Shown one piece after another: positions 39,732 through 49,515 of a stretch of 64,000 nt of DNA. The notes beneath the pieces were generated by a model that was not told the origin of the DNA, made no database searches, and saw nothing but the letters and a program-made list of their open reading frames with translations. Position numbers and translations under genes: made by a program. Each line of letters opens with the position of its first letter. The first letter of the stretch is position 1. Source of the stretch: Candidatus Sumerlaeaceae bacterium (lineage in GTDB: Bacteria > Sumerlaeota > Sumerlaeia > Sumerlaeales > Sumerlaeaceae); NCBI GenBank assembly GCA_051003195.1, contig JBPCLP010000021.1:128001-192000 (forward strand). The letters run 5' to 3'.

Positions 39732-40025
39732 TCAGACCGCGGCCCTCGTCCGAACTTCAAGCCGAAGCGTGTTGATCAATTTGAGCAGATACAGCAGTTC
39801 CTGTCGGGCTTCCATGTGTTCGACACGCGGACTTGGCAGCAATTGGGTCGCAAAATGCTCTTCTTCGTCGGCCAGGGCGCGCCGGCACAACATCAAAGCG
39901 TTACGAAAATCCGACTTACGAAGCTTCTCAAGCATCCGGCCGCGCAGGCCAAACAGCTCTGTCTTTTCCGCAATCCGCATTGCTTCCGCGCGACGCCTCT
40001 CGTCAGCTACCTGGCGCATGTCCAA
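39732..40025 (-). CDS. Hypothetical helical protein
   Basis: 97-aa ORF with GGAG RBS and protein-like composition. Confidence 0.5.
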   Translation of the reverse strand: MDMRQVADERRRAEAMRIAEKTELFGLRGRMLEKLRKSDFRNALMLCRRALADEEEHFATQLLPSPRVEHMEARQELLYLLKLINTLRLEVRTRAAV

Positions 40026-40186
40026 TCCGATCTCCCACGCAACCCGCGTGGCAAGCCTGCCACTTTCGCGGCAGGCACTTCACCCATACCGCTGACGGGC
40101 AGAGAACGCGGTTGCGCTGGGTGCCATCGGCGGGTATTCTGCTTCTTGAAACTGAATACGCTCAGTTCAAACTAACGCATGCAACC

Positions 40187-40504
40187 CTACAAATTCGGGG
40201 ATGGTCCGGGTTCCTCGGCTGAAGAGGATTCTTGTTTAAGGCTTTCCCGGCACTCCCGCAGCAGGTGCTCGGGAATGCGTTTGCGAGCGGCGATAAACAG
40301 CGCCGGCACGATAATCAGGTCATCCAGGTGCCCGATGACAGGGATAAAATCCGGGATCAGATCGAAAGGCAACGCGAGATAACCCAGCGATGCGGCCAGC
40401 AGCCACCTGGCGTCACGAGGACAATCGGGGTGCTTCAAAACGGCCTTGTAGAGCAGGAACTGCTGTTTCAGTTCTGCCGCAGCGTTCCGGAGGCGTCCGC
40501 CCAC
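40187..40504 (-). CDS. YkvA/DUF1232 family protein
   Basis: YLALPFDLIPDFIPVIGHLDD. Confidence 0.9.
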   Translation of the reverse strand: MGGRLRNAAAELKQQFLLYKAVLKHPDCPRDARWLLAASLGYLALPFDLIPDFIPVIGHLDDLIIVPALFIAARKRIPEHLLRECRESLKQESSSAEEPGPSPNL

Positions 40505-40506
40505 AG

Positions 40507-43500
40507 CTACTTACCGAAGGCCTCGTGTGCGCCGCCGTGCACAGGCGGTGGGCCGCCCACTAAATCTTCCGGTTCCGGTGGCAACTCGCGTTTGCGCGAT
40601 TTTAACTGTCTCGCCCAGTTGAGCCCCTGGTCGGAAAGACTGTAGAAGCACGGCACTACAAACAGTGTGAGCAGCGTCGAGACCAGCAGGCCTCCAATCA
40701 CGGCGATGTTCATTGGCTGGCGCACTTCATGCCCGATGCCGCTGGCAATGGCCCCTGGGAAAGCGCCCGCAATCATGGCGGCTGTGGTCATTAAAATCGG
40801 TCGCAACCGAACCGGGCAGGCCTCCAGCAAAGCGTCCATCGTGGAGAGACCACGCGCGCGAACCTGGTTTGTATAGTCCACGAGGAGAATGGAATTCTTT
40901 TTCACAATGCCAAGCAGCAGGATAATGCCAATCAATGAGTAGAGGTTAATGGTGATGCCGGTGAGATAAATGGCAAGAAATGCACCCGTTATTGAAAAGG
41001 GGAGAGCCAGCAATACTGAGAATGGATGGATCAGGCTGTTAAACTGGCTGGCGAGTACCATGTACGCCACAGCCAGCCCGAGGACCATGGCAAATATGAG
41101 ACTGCTGAAAGATTCCTGTGCCGCCTGGCTTCCGCCGCTGAACACGATCTTATAGCCGTCGGGCAGCGTCTTCGAAATCCGCTGCACCTCGTTCAATCCT
41201 TCGTGAAGTGAATGGCCAGGAGCAGGGTTTGCAAAAATACTCGTGGCTCGTTCGCGCTGTTTGCGAGTGATGGTCTGCACGCTGGCAGCCACATTAATCG
41301 TGGTGACCTCGGAAAGGGGCAGCAGCCGGCCGTTGCGGTTGCGCACGTACAGGTTTGAAATGTCCTCGGGGCGGAGCCGCTGGTCCTGCAACAGGCGTAC
41401 GCGCACATCGTATCGCCGGCCATTGTCCTTGAACTTTGTGACCCGCTGCCCGCCGATCAGGGAATTCACTGCCTGCGCAATCGCCTGTACATCCACGTCG
41501 TTTGCGAGGGCGCGCTCGCGATTCGGTATCACCTGTATTTCCGGCAAGCCGACTTTGTAGTCTGTATCGATATCGGTCATGACACCGGTATTGCGCATGT
41601 CCGCGATCATCCGATTCGTCGTCTCGCCCAGTGTCTTCCAGTCCGGCCCACGTATGGTGAATTCGATGGGATAGTTTCGACCCGTGCCGGTGAAACCCGA
41701 CTGCGAAAAATCGAACATCGCGACGCGAACACCGGGAAAAATGTTTAAAGCCGGGCGCAGATCTGCCATGATTTTCTGCTGCGTCGGCCGCTTTTCGCGA
41801 TCTGACAGTGTGACGAAAATGATACCGCCATTGAGATCGCGTGCGCCGGCGATTGCAAGCTTGCCGGCTATGCTTGGATTCTGGTCCAGTATGGCTTCGA
41901 GCTTTGCCATTGTGCGGTCCGTGTAATCAATAGAAGATCCCACAGGCGTGGTGAAGTTGATCATAAAAAAGCCCTGATCCCATGCCGGCACAAACTCACT
42001 TTTAACACTTGGGGGAATACGGTCAGCAATCTGCGCGGGGAGCTTCTCGCGAATGTCGTCAATGTGAAATGGAAACCAGAGCGACGCCCCAAAAATGCCG
42101 AAAGAAACCAGCAGAACGGTCCATCGCCAGCGCAGCGCACGGCCCAGCGACCACCTGTAAAATCGCGCAAGTCCCTGGAATGCCGCGCCGACCGTGCGCT
42201 CCACGACGTTGCCACGTTTCTTCACCTTGAGAAATTGCGCACACCGCGCGGGTGCGAGCGTCAGGGCTTCGAGCAGCGAGATCAGCACTGCTGCCGAGAG
42301 TACCACGCCGAACTGGAAGAAAAACTTTCCGATAATGCCAGTCATGAAGGCGACCGGAAGGAAAATTGCGACGATAGCGAGCGACGCAGCCAGTGCAGCG
42401 AACGTGATCTGTTCCGTTCCGCGGCGCGAGGCGGTTACCCGGTCCTCTCCCTCTTCCGCATGGCGATAGATGTTTTCCAAAACCATAATCGCATCATCGA
42501 CAACGATACCAATCGAAAGCGACAGGGCCAGCAGGCTGAACGTGTTGAGCGTAAAGCCCGCGAAATACATAACCGCGAAAGTGCCCATTACAGACACCGG
42601 AATCGCCAGGACCACATTGAACGTGGATGAGAGCGACCCGAGGAAAAGCCAGCACACGACTGCCGTGAGCAGCACCGCGAACAGCAGGTCTCGTTCGATT
42701 TCGTGAATCGCGCTCTCGATAAATTTCGTGTTATCGACGCGGATGTCCAGCGTCATTCCTTCGGGCAACTCTTTGCGTACTTCCACGATGCGTTGGCGAA
42801 CACCTTTGGCGACCTCGACGGCGGAGAACCCGCGCTGCTTTATGATGCCCAGGCCCTGCGCCGGTATTCCATCGGACCGCGCAATACGTGTGCGGTCTTC
42901 GAACCCATCCTCAACCAGAGCCACATCTTTCAAATACACCGGGGAGCCTCTTCGCTCGGCCACCTGCAGGTTGCGCACCTGCTCGAGATTCATCGCCTCG
43001 CCTTCGATGCGTACGTTCGCGATTCGCGTATTCGCATCGATACGCCCGGCCGGCAGCTCGACGTGCTGCCGCTGTATCGCCGTAATCACTTCATCCACGC
43101 CAAGCCCCAGCGCGCGAAGCGCGTCCTGCTTGATCCAGATGCGAACGTTGCGCGCGAGGTAGCCGCCTAGTCGGATATCACCCACGCCCGGCACGGTCAG
43201 CAGACGATCGCGCAGCACATTCTTTGCGTACTCGCTCAATTCCCGAGGGGCGCGCGTTCCCGTCAGCGCCATCCACATAATGGGCTGATCTTCCGGATTT
43301 GTTTTGCTGATGATTGGCGGATCGAGATCCTTCGGCAGAAGCTTGCCAGCCTGGCTGATCTTCGACTGAACATCCTGGAGCGCCTGGTTGATGTTCCGCT
43401 TCAGGTCGAACTCGATCGTGATCGTCGCCTCACCCTGCTTGCAGGTGGAAGAGACTTCCTTGATACCTTCGACAGCCATCACGCTGTCTTCGATAATGTC

Positions 43501-43692
43501 CGCAACATCGGACTCCATGATCTCCGGCGCGGCGCCTTCGAGAGTGGCGCTTACCGTGACAACCGGGAAGTCGACGTCCGGCTTGTCGCTGACACCCAGG
43601 CGCGAAAAACCAATCGCGCCGAACGTGATAAACGCAGCCATGATCATCCATGCAAAAACAGGATGGCGGATGGACACGGAAGCCAGGCTCAC
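40507..43692 (-). CDS. RND efflux permease (AcrB/D/F family)
   Basis: 1061 aa; IGIVVDDAIMVLENI, KKNSILLVD, RLRPILMTT. Confidence 0.96.
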   Translation of the reverse strand: MSLASVSIRHPVFAWMIMAAFITFGAIGFSRLGVSDKPDVDFPVVTVSATLEGAAPEIMESDVADIIEDSVMAVEGIKEVSSTCKQGEATITIEFDLKRNINQALQDVQSKISQAGKLLPKDLDPPIISKTNPEDQPIMWMALTGTRAPRELSEYAKNVLRDRLLTVPGVGDIRLGGYLARNVRIWIKQDALRALGLGVDEVITAIQRQHVELPAGRIDANTRIANVRIEGEAMNLEQVRNLQVAERRGSPVYLKDVALVEDGFEDRTRIARSDGIPAQGLGIIKQRGFSAVEVAKGVRQRIVEVRKELPEGMTLDIRVDNTKFIESAIHEIERDLLFAVLLTAVVCWLFLGSLSSTFNVVLAIPVSVMGTFAVMYFAGFTLNTFSLLALSLSIGIVVDDAIMVLENIYRHAEEGEDRVTASRRGTEQITFAALAASLAIVAIFLPVAFMTGIIGKFFFQFGVVLSAAVLISLLEALTLAPARCAQFLKVKKRGNVVERTVGAAFQGLARFYRWSLGRALRWRWTVLLVSFGIFGASLWFPFHIDDIREKLPAQIADRIPPSVKSEFVPAWDQGFFMINFTTPVGSSIDYTDRTMAKLEAILDQNPSIAGKLAIAGARDLNGGIIFVTLSDREKRPTQQKIMADLRPALNIFPGVRVAMFDFSQSGFTGTGRNYPIEFTIRGPDWKTLGETTNRMIADMRNTGVMTDIDTDYKVGLPEIQVIPNRERALANDVDVQAIAQAVNSLIGGQRVTKFKDNGRRYDVRVRLLQDQRLRPEDISNLYVRNRNGRLLPLSEVTTINVAASVQTITRKQRERATSIFANPAPGHSLHEGLNEVQRISKTLPDGYKIVFSGGSQAAQESFSSLIFAMVLGLAVAYMVLASQFNSLIHPFSVLLALPFSITGAFLAIYLTGITINLYSLIGIILLLGIVKKNSILLVDYTNQVRARGLSTMDALLEACPVRLRPILMTTAAMIAGAFPGAIASGIGHEVRQPMNIAVIGGLLVSTLLTLFVVPCFYSLSDQGLNWARQLKSRKRELPPEPEDLVGGPPPVHGGAHEAFGK

Positions 43693-43695
43693 CGT

Positions 43696-45063
43696 TTACG
43701 ACCGTTCTTTAGCTGCTGACGTGTGCGGGCCCTCCGCAGTTGCTACGGGCGCGCGTCCGCGATCCGGAATCACCTGCACAGGTACATTATCATGCAGGGA
43801 TTCCATGCCTTCGACAACAAGCGGCTGGCCGGGTTCGAGTCCATCAAGTATCTCAATTGCGTCACCCGAGACCTGCAATCCGGTTTGCACCTTTTTGCGA
43901 ACGGCGATCCCGTCCTGAACAATGAAACTAACCATGCCTGCTTCGGTGGGCAGAACGGAAGCGAGTGGCACAACGATGGCCGAAGATTTCGACTCCTGCA
44001 CAATTCGAATCGATGCGAAGTAGCCAGGGCGCAGCACGCCCTCTCGATTCGGGACACGCGCCCAACATTGGACTTCACGCGTTTCCAGGTCGGCCGTCGC
44101 CGCAACTTCGTACACCGTCGCTTCAAAGGTCCGGCCAGCCTGCGCCGGCACGCCAAACTTTACCTTCATATTGCGGGTAAGATTAGCAGCACGGCTTTCA
44201 GCGACGGTAAACTTCAGCCGAAGGGGATCCGTCTGCACCATCATGGCGGTGGTTGTACCAGGAACCAGGTATTGCCCGTTTGTCACCAGCCGTTGCTGGA
44301 CGACACCCTCGATCGGAGCGCGTATGACGGCGTTTTTCAAGTCGACCTGTGCAATTGCGAGCGCAGCCTGTGCGCTTGCAAGCGCGGTGCGTGCTTCGCC
44401 CACCTCTGCCTGCGCCAGCGCAGTCTTTGTTTGAGCGCTCCCCAGCGAGTCGCGGTAGCTTGTCTGGGCTTGTAGAAATTTGGATTCGTACTGCTTGCGC
44501 TCTTCGGGACTCGTGAACGAGTTTGTTGCCTGCGAGATGCGCCGCCGATACTCAGATTCTGTCAGCTCCAGGTCGAGCTTCGCCTTTGCCACCGTTGCGC
44601 TGCTGTCGCGTACTGCGTCCGCGAGGCCTGCCTCAGCCTTCGCGACTGCCGCGCGCTTCTGCTCGGAGTCGCTCTCGGCGCGCTTTTCCAACAGCTGGTA
44701 GCGGTCGTAATCAATCCGGCACAGCTGCTGCCCCGTCGTAACGCGGTCTCCTTCGGTGAAGTTCACATCCTGCGCTACGCCCGCAACCTGTGCCGGGACA
44801 TGGTAGCGGTTTTCCTCCATGAGGTTGCCGACTGCCTGGATTTCGTACTGCACGGGGCGCGTGTTCACGGGGCTGGTGCGCACAGGAAATTTCCGAGGGC
44901 CTGCCGGTTTCTGGCCGGCTCCTCCGGCAGCCGCTGCAGGGGCGGCCGCGCCCCCACCGGCTTTGCTCGCGGCCTGCTCTTTCACTTGCCGATTGCAACC
45001 GTTCAGCACGAGTACCGCCGCGCAGAATATGCCAATTCCCCTGACCTTCAAGGGCGGGTGCAT
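43696..45063 (-). CDS. RND periplasmic adaptor lipoprotein
   Basis: Lipobox LNGC; IRAPIEG; LRPGYF. Confidence 0.92.
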   Translation of the reverse strand: MHPPLKVRGIGIFCAAVLVLNGCNRQVKEQAASKAGGGAAAPAAAAGGAGQKPAGPRKFPVRTSPVNTRPVQYEIQAVGNLMEENRYHVPAQVAGVAQDVNFTEGDRVTTGQQLCRIDYDRYQLLEKRAESDSEQKRAAVAKAEAGLADAVRDSSATVAKAKLDLELTESEYRRRISQATNSFTSPEERKQYESKFLQAQTSYRDSLGSAQTKTALAQAEVGEARTALASAQAALAIAQVDLKNAVIRAPIEGVVQQRLVTNGQYLVPGTTTAMMVQTDPLRLKFTVAESRAANLTRNMKVKFGVPAQAGRTFEATVYEVAATADLETREVQCWARVPNREGVLRPGYFASIRIVQESKSSAIVVPLASVLPTEAGMVSFIVQDGIAVRKKVQTGLQVSGDAIEILDGLEPGQPLVVEGMESLHDNVPVQVIPDRGRAPVATAEGPHTSAAKERS

Positions 45064-45518
45064 TCCATGTCTTCAAGTTCGCAGAGAATTTCATGAATCC
45101 GGGTAAACGAATCGATGAGTTCCTCGCGCCTTTCCGGCGGCAGGCGTTCCAGCACTTCCTGGAGCCGCTGTTCGTGGATGCGTTTGAGCTGCGCGAGCGT
45201 CTTGCGGCCCGCTGCAGTCATCGCGATTCGAATAATGCGTCGGTCGTTTTCGTCCTGCTCGCGGCGAACGACGCCCGCACGCACAAGTTTGTCCACCACG
45301 CCCGTGGCGGCAGGTACGGTACAACCCACCAGCTTCGCAATATGGGTCATATTGCACGGGCCTTTTAGTTCGAGGAAATAGAGAATACGCTTCTGTGCGC
45401 CCGTCATTTCGTTAAAGACAGGGTTGCCTGAGGCTGCCAGAAAAATCTGCCCCATGACCCGAAGGAAGACGTAGTTGAGGGATTCGACCTGGCTTATGTC
45501 CGGCTTACGCAAAGACAT
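45048..45518 (-). CDS. MarR-family transcriptional regulator
   Basis: ATGVVDKLVRAGVVRREQDENDRR winged-helix motif. Confidence 0.93.
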   Translation of the reverse strand: MSLRKPDISQVESLNYVFLRVMGQIFLAASGNPVFNEMTGAQKRILYFLELKGPCNMTHIAKLVGCTVPAATGVVDKLVRAGVVRREQDENDRRIIRIAMTAAGRKTLAQLKRIHEQRLQEVLERLPPERREELIDSFTRIHEILCELEDMECTRP

Positions 45519-45528
45519 CGCAGAAGAT

Positions 45529-45551
45529 AATTGTTAAGGCACTTAAGTATT
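45529..45551. promoter_or_regulatory. Putative MarR operator
   Basis: Imperfect inverted repeat AATTGTTAAG-GCA-CTTAAGTATT just upstream of the marR start. Confidence 0.45.
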
Positions 45552-45687
45552 CAGAAAAACGCCGGTAAAAGGCCGGTTCAGCTTACTTCTGCTGTCTTTA
45601 TCCTGAAGGCTTTAAGAGCTGGAGCGAATAGTCTACTGCGTAGCCAATAGCCTGAAGCCGGTGCTAACCAGATCGCATAGGATCGAC

Positions 45688-47769
45688 ATGTTTAGATATC
45701 TCAACGCTGGCATATTTCTTTGCGCCTTTTTGTGCCTGCCGTCGGTGTTACAAACCGCTGATTATTATGTCGGTGACACGGGACGGACGGAGAAGCCTGC
45801 GCTGTCTGCCAATGCTGCGGAAATTTCCGCTGGCGATCCAGCATCGACGGGGCCTGCCGCGTCATCTTCCGCAGGCGATCCCCATGAAGCATCTGCAATT
45901 TTCCAGCTGGACCCAAAGGAACTCTACTACCCGGCCGTGGAAACCGCGATCAAGCAGAGTGGCATCGACCAGATTGCTGTGCAGAGTGAAGGAGTGAAGA
46001 CGTCCCTTCGTACATTCGCAGAGATCTCCGTCTCGGCGATTACTGGTCGCAGCCGGTTTAATGATCAGGACCCCGTGTACACAACTCTTGGCATGGTCTA
46101 CCAGAATAAGCTCTGGGTGCGCTCACCTGTCATACCGGTGGAAAGCGCCAGGCTCGCGGAAATCTTTGGCCTGAATCCCAAGGTGCACAACCGCGTGGCT
46201 CCGACATGGGTCATGAAGACGCCCAAGGCGCGAACGCTTGTAATGGGCGTGCTCACGGGCGACGAGTCGTTCTCTGCCGGCTTGGACAAAGACGTGCAGG
46301 ATGCGCTGAAAAAGTTCGCTTTTCGCATGAGCACGTTTTTAAATCTTTCCGGCGAATTTAAGATTGTTCCATTGCCGAACAGCGAGGGGGTGTGGCTGGC
46401 GCCGTCGCACTTCTCTCGTCCTGATCTGCTTCGCGACGAAGACCTGCAGCATCGGGTAAGCACACTTGATCCCAAGGCGGAGCCGTGGGCTTCCACACTT
46501 GCGCTCGATGCTGCTCTCCGAGAGGCGTATGAAGCGCAGAAGCCTGATCAGATTACATCCGCGACGGCGGGGTTCCTTGGCAAGATCACCAGCAACCCTG
46601 AGTATATGAGTAACTTCGTGCGCAGACTGGATTTCTGGAATACTCGCATTAAGCCGTTCCAGAAGGCTGCCTGGATCTACTTTGCAGCCTTTGCCGTGTT
46701 TTTGACCGCCATGGCGATTGCGCGCCGACGCATGCCTCCACCTTCGGACCAGACGCACGCTTTTCCCGATGGGCGGACCGAAGATTATGCCCCGGGCGCG
46801 CGAGAGTACATGGGCAAAGAGCCGAACCCCATTTCGGCATTGATGGCATCGCAGCAGGCCGGGTTCGCGACAAATGTAGCAGGTTTAGATATTCAGACAA
46901 CTGCTGGCAGCTTCGTCCCGGTGAATGCTGGCGAAGCTGCAGCAGATTGGCCGATGCGCGCGAATGCCGGGTTTCACGATCCGATCATTTCGGCTGAGCT
47001 CGAAACCGCGCCTTTGCCAAAGCTCGGGTGGCGGATCGGATTCGGTCTTCAACTCGCCGCCGGGCTGATGCTCATAGCGGCACTGGTTATTCGGTTCATC
47101 CTCGGCGGTCGCATGCCGGTTTCGAATTTCTATGAATCGCTCACGTTCGCAATGGGAGCATTTGCCGTGCTGACGCTTATTTTCGAAGGCATATACCGTC
47201 GCGGCTGGATAGGAATGGGGGCCTGCCTCACCGGCTGGGCACTGATGACCGCGGCCAACGCAATGCCTCTGCACAGCCGTAAGGTTGAGCCACTCGTTGC
47301 TGTACTTAATTCCGTCTGGCTGAACTTCCACGTTACTTCGCTGCTGATCAGCTACAGCTGCTTCCTGCTGGCGTTTGTGTTCGGGATTCTGTACTTCTTC
47401 AAGGAACTGACCGGAAATCGACCAGGTGCCCTTCCCCGAAGCGACGCATTCGAGTACCTTGCATACCGCAGTGTGCAGATCGGCTGGCCGCTGTTGACCC
47501 TGGGAGTGTTTCTGGGCGCGGTATGGGCAAACACGGCCTGGGGTAGCTTCTGGAGCTGGGACCCGAAGGAAACATGGGCACTGATTACGTGGCTTACATA
47601 TACGGTTTATCTACACTTACGTATAAATCTCGGCTGGACCGGCCGCAAGTCCGTGATCGCAGCGATGGTCGGATTTGCCATGGTTTTGTTCACGTATATT
47701 GGCGTGAATTACATACCACAGTTAGCCAGTCCACTGCATTCCTATGCGGCGCCCATTAAGCGCGGCTGA
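45688..47769 (+). CDS. ccsA: System II cytochrome c biogenesis protein with N-terminal periplasmic domain
   Basis: LNSVWLNFHV, GAVWANTAWGSFWSWDPKETW, YLH, LHSY. Confidence 0.9.
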   Translation: MFRYLNAGIFLCAFLCLPSVLQTADYYVGDTGRTEKPALSANAAEISAGDPASTGPAASSSAGDPHEASAIFQLDPKELYYPAVETAIKQSGIDQIAVQSEGVKTSLRTFAEISVSAITGRSRFNDQDPVYTTLGMVYQNKLWVRSPVIPVESARLAEIFGLNPKVHNRVAPTWVMKTPKARTLVMGVLTGDESFSAGLDKDVQDALKKFAFRMSTFLNLSGEFKIVPLPNSEGVWLAPSHFSRPDLLRDEDLQHRVSTLDPKAEPWASTLALDAALREAYEAQKPDQITSATAGFLGKITSNPEYMSNFVRRLDFWNTRIKPFQKAAWIYFAAFAVFLTAMAIARRRMPPPSDQTHAFPDGRTEDYAPGAREYMGKEPNPISALMASQQAGFATNVAGLDIQTTAGSFVPVNAGEAAADWPMRANAGFHDPIISAELETAPLPKLGWRIGFGLQLAAGLMLIAALVIRFILGGRMPVSNFYESLTFAMGAFAVLTLIFEGIYRRGWIGMGACLTGWALMTAANAMPLHSRKVEPLVAVLNSVWLNFHVTSLLISYSCFLLAFVFGILYFFKELTGNRPGALPRSDAFEYLAYRSVQIGWPLLTLGVFLGAVWANTAWGSFWSWDPKETWALITWLTYTVYLHLRINLGWTGRKSVIAAMVGFAMVLFTYIGVNYIPQLASPLHSYAAPIKRG

Positions 47770-47907
47770 GTGGAAAAATCAGGCACGCTGGAAGCGAAGA
47801 TTTTACGTGATAATGCAAAAGCGAGTCGGTACAACCTCCAGCAATATCCGATCGTGGTGGACGCAGCCGCCACGTTCTAGTTGCTCAGGTGGATTCGGAT
47901 GGGTAGG

Positions 47908-48468
47908 ATGATGACGGAAGAAAAAATGGCGGCAGAGCGCGCGCAGGCGCAGGACTCGGTCTGCTTTGCCGAGCTACCGGACGGGCTTGTAGTTGTAAAA
48001 ATCTACGGGCGCGGGACATTCTCCAACAGTGTCGAGCTGAAGCGTCTTGGCGATTACATGTTTGAGCGTGGCGTCAAACCGCACTTCATCATCGATCTCG
48101 ATGCATGCACAACGATGGACTCTACTTTCATGGGCGTGCTCGCCAGCGTGGCACTGCGAGAGAAGCGTGAGCTTGCCGATAATCTCGTGGTTGTGAACGC
48201 GAACCCGCAAAACTACCGCCTCTTACATACACTCGGCCTTGCCCATTTCATGGACGTGCGCACGAGCAATGAATCCGCACCTGACGTGGAGAACGCCCGG
48301 TTTCATACTGCAGAGACCGAAGAGGTGCCTCGGCTGGATCAGATTATCCACATGATCGAAGCACACCAGAGCCTGTGCGACGTGGATTCCGAAAACGAAG
48401 TTCGCTTTAAGAGCGTACTCCAGTGCCTCAGCGACAGCCTCAAGCGCGAGACCGAACAAGACCACTAA
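47908..48468 (+). CDS. STAS-domain protein (anti-sigma-factor antagonist-like)
   Basis: IIDLDACTTMDSTFMG, LLHTLGL. Confidence 0.85.
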   Translation: MMTEEKMAAERAQAQDSVCFAELPDGLVVVKIYGRGTFSNSVELKRLGDYMFERGVKPHFIIDLDACTTMDSTFMGVLASVALREKRELADNLVVVNANPQNYRLLHTLGLAHFMDVRTSNESAPDVENARFHTAETEEVPRLDQIIHMIEAHQSLCDVDSENEVRFKSVLQCLSDSLKRETEQDH

Positions 48469-48515
48469 TTTGGCGGATCAGTAGTTCCTCGCCAGGCGTA
48501 ACAGGGTTAAACTTC
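48465..48515 (+). mobile_element. Left-half remnant of a subtype B-ii element starting on the STAS gene stop
   Basis: CTAA-TTTGGCGGATCAGTAGTTCCTCGCCAG compared with CTAG-TGTGCCGAATCAGTAGTTCCTTACCAG. Confidence 0.6.
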
Positions 48516-48518
48516 ACA

Positions 48519-49115
48519 TCACATCGCGTTGCTTTTCAGCCTTTCCGGGCTAAATTTTGTAAGCAGATGCTCGAGCACCTGCGCTATGTTGCGTGCATCG
48601 TCGAGACCGCGATGAAGGTTTCCCCGCCCGGCAATTTTGGAAAGTTCCAGCGCATGTGAAAGCTCCGGCGCGAGCGAACAATCCATCAGCGCGGAAAAAG
48701 CGCGCTTAAGGTTGATGTGGGGATCCAGCCGCTCCCAAGGTTCCATCTGATGGAGCAGGCAGTCCATCAGTAGCTGCTTGCGGTCATAAGCTCCCCACGA
48801 TGTAAATGCCGCGGATGGATAGGGCTCTGCCCAGTCCAGGAATTTTCTGAACGCTTCGGGAAAGGTGGGAGCCGAATCCACGTCCTCCTGTCGGATGTGC
48901 GTCAGTTGCTTGCAAAAATCGGATAATTCAGGCCACAACTTCGGACGAACAAAGGACTGGAATTCAGTAACAATGCCCTTCCCCTGCTCGTAAAGGACGG
49001 CTCCAATTTCGATCGTTTCAGTTTGTCCCGGCTGTGTGCCTTTCCAGCACGTGGCCTCCAGATCGACGATCAGGTAAATTTGACTATTCGCCCTGGCTGC
49101 AACTCGTTGTGGCAT
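48519..49115 (-). CDS. DEDDh 3'-5' exonuclease (ERI1/KapD-like)
   Basis: VDLEATC, IEIGAV, SWGAYD, HRGLDDA. Confidence 0.92.
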   Translation of the reverse strand: MPQRVAARANSQIYLIVDLEATCWKGTQPGQTETIEIGAVLYEQGKGIVTEFQSFVRPKLWPELSDFCKQLTHIRQEDVDSAPTFPEAFRKFLDWAEPYPSAAFTSWGAYDRKQLLMDCLLHQMEPWERLDPHINLKRAFSALMDCSLAPELSHALELSKIAGRGNLHRGLDDARNIAQVLEHLLTKFSPERLKSNAM

Positions 49116-49259
49116 ATACTGGAAGTCTTTCTACGGCGTGCAGTTTACCAGATGAGCATGCGGCCGAAATTGCAGACGTCACGTAAAAACAAAAAGCTTG
49201 CGGCACATCGCAGGCCTCGGTCAAATGCGGCCACAAACCTCTTGCTGGGAGCAGACTCA

Positions 49260-49403
49260 ATGACCGCTAAGTTCCTGATCTATCTAGTGCTGCTGTGCAC
49301 GCTCGCTGCATTTTGCCTGGGTGGCTGCAGCATAGCGGGCTCGTGCCTGCAGGGCACTGGCAAAGTATTTAATAGCATGGGAAACAGCGTCAAGAGCCTC
49401 TAA
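49260..49403 (+). CDS. Small entericidin-like lipoprotein (47 aa)
   Basis: GGAG RBS, hydrophobic signal, lipobox LGGC, amphipathic tail GTGKVFNSMGNSVKSL. Confidence 0.6.
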   Translation: MTAKFLIYLVLLCTLAAFCLGGCSIAGSCLQGTGKVFNSMGNSVKSL

Positions 49404-49515
49404 CGAGGTCCATGCAGGGCAACAGGCACTAAGCGCTTCTTTGCAGTAGAATCCGCCTTTCCACTCTGGCCCGAAGATCGCAACAACCTTGGCAAATTCA
49501 GTCCGAGGCGGCGCA

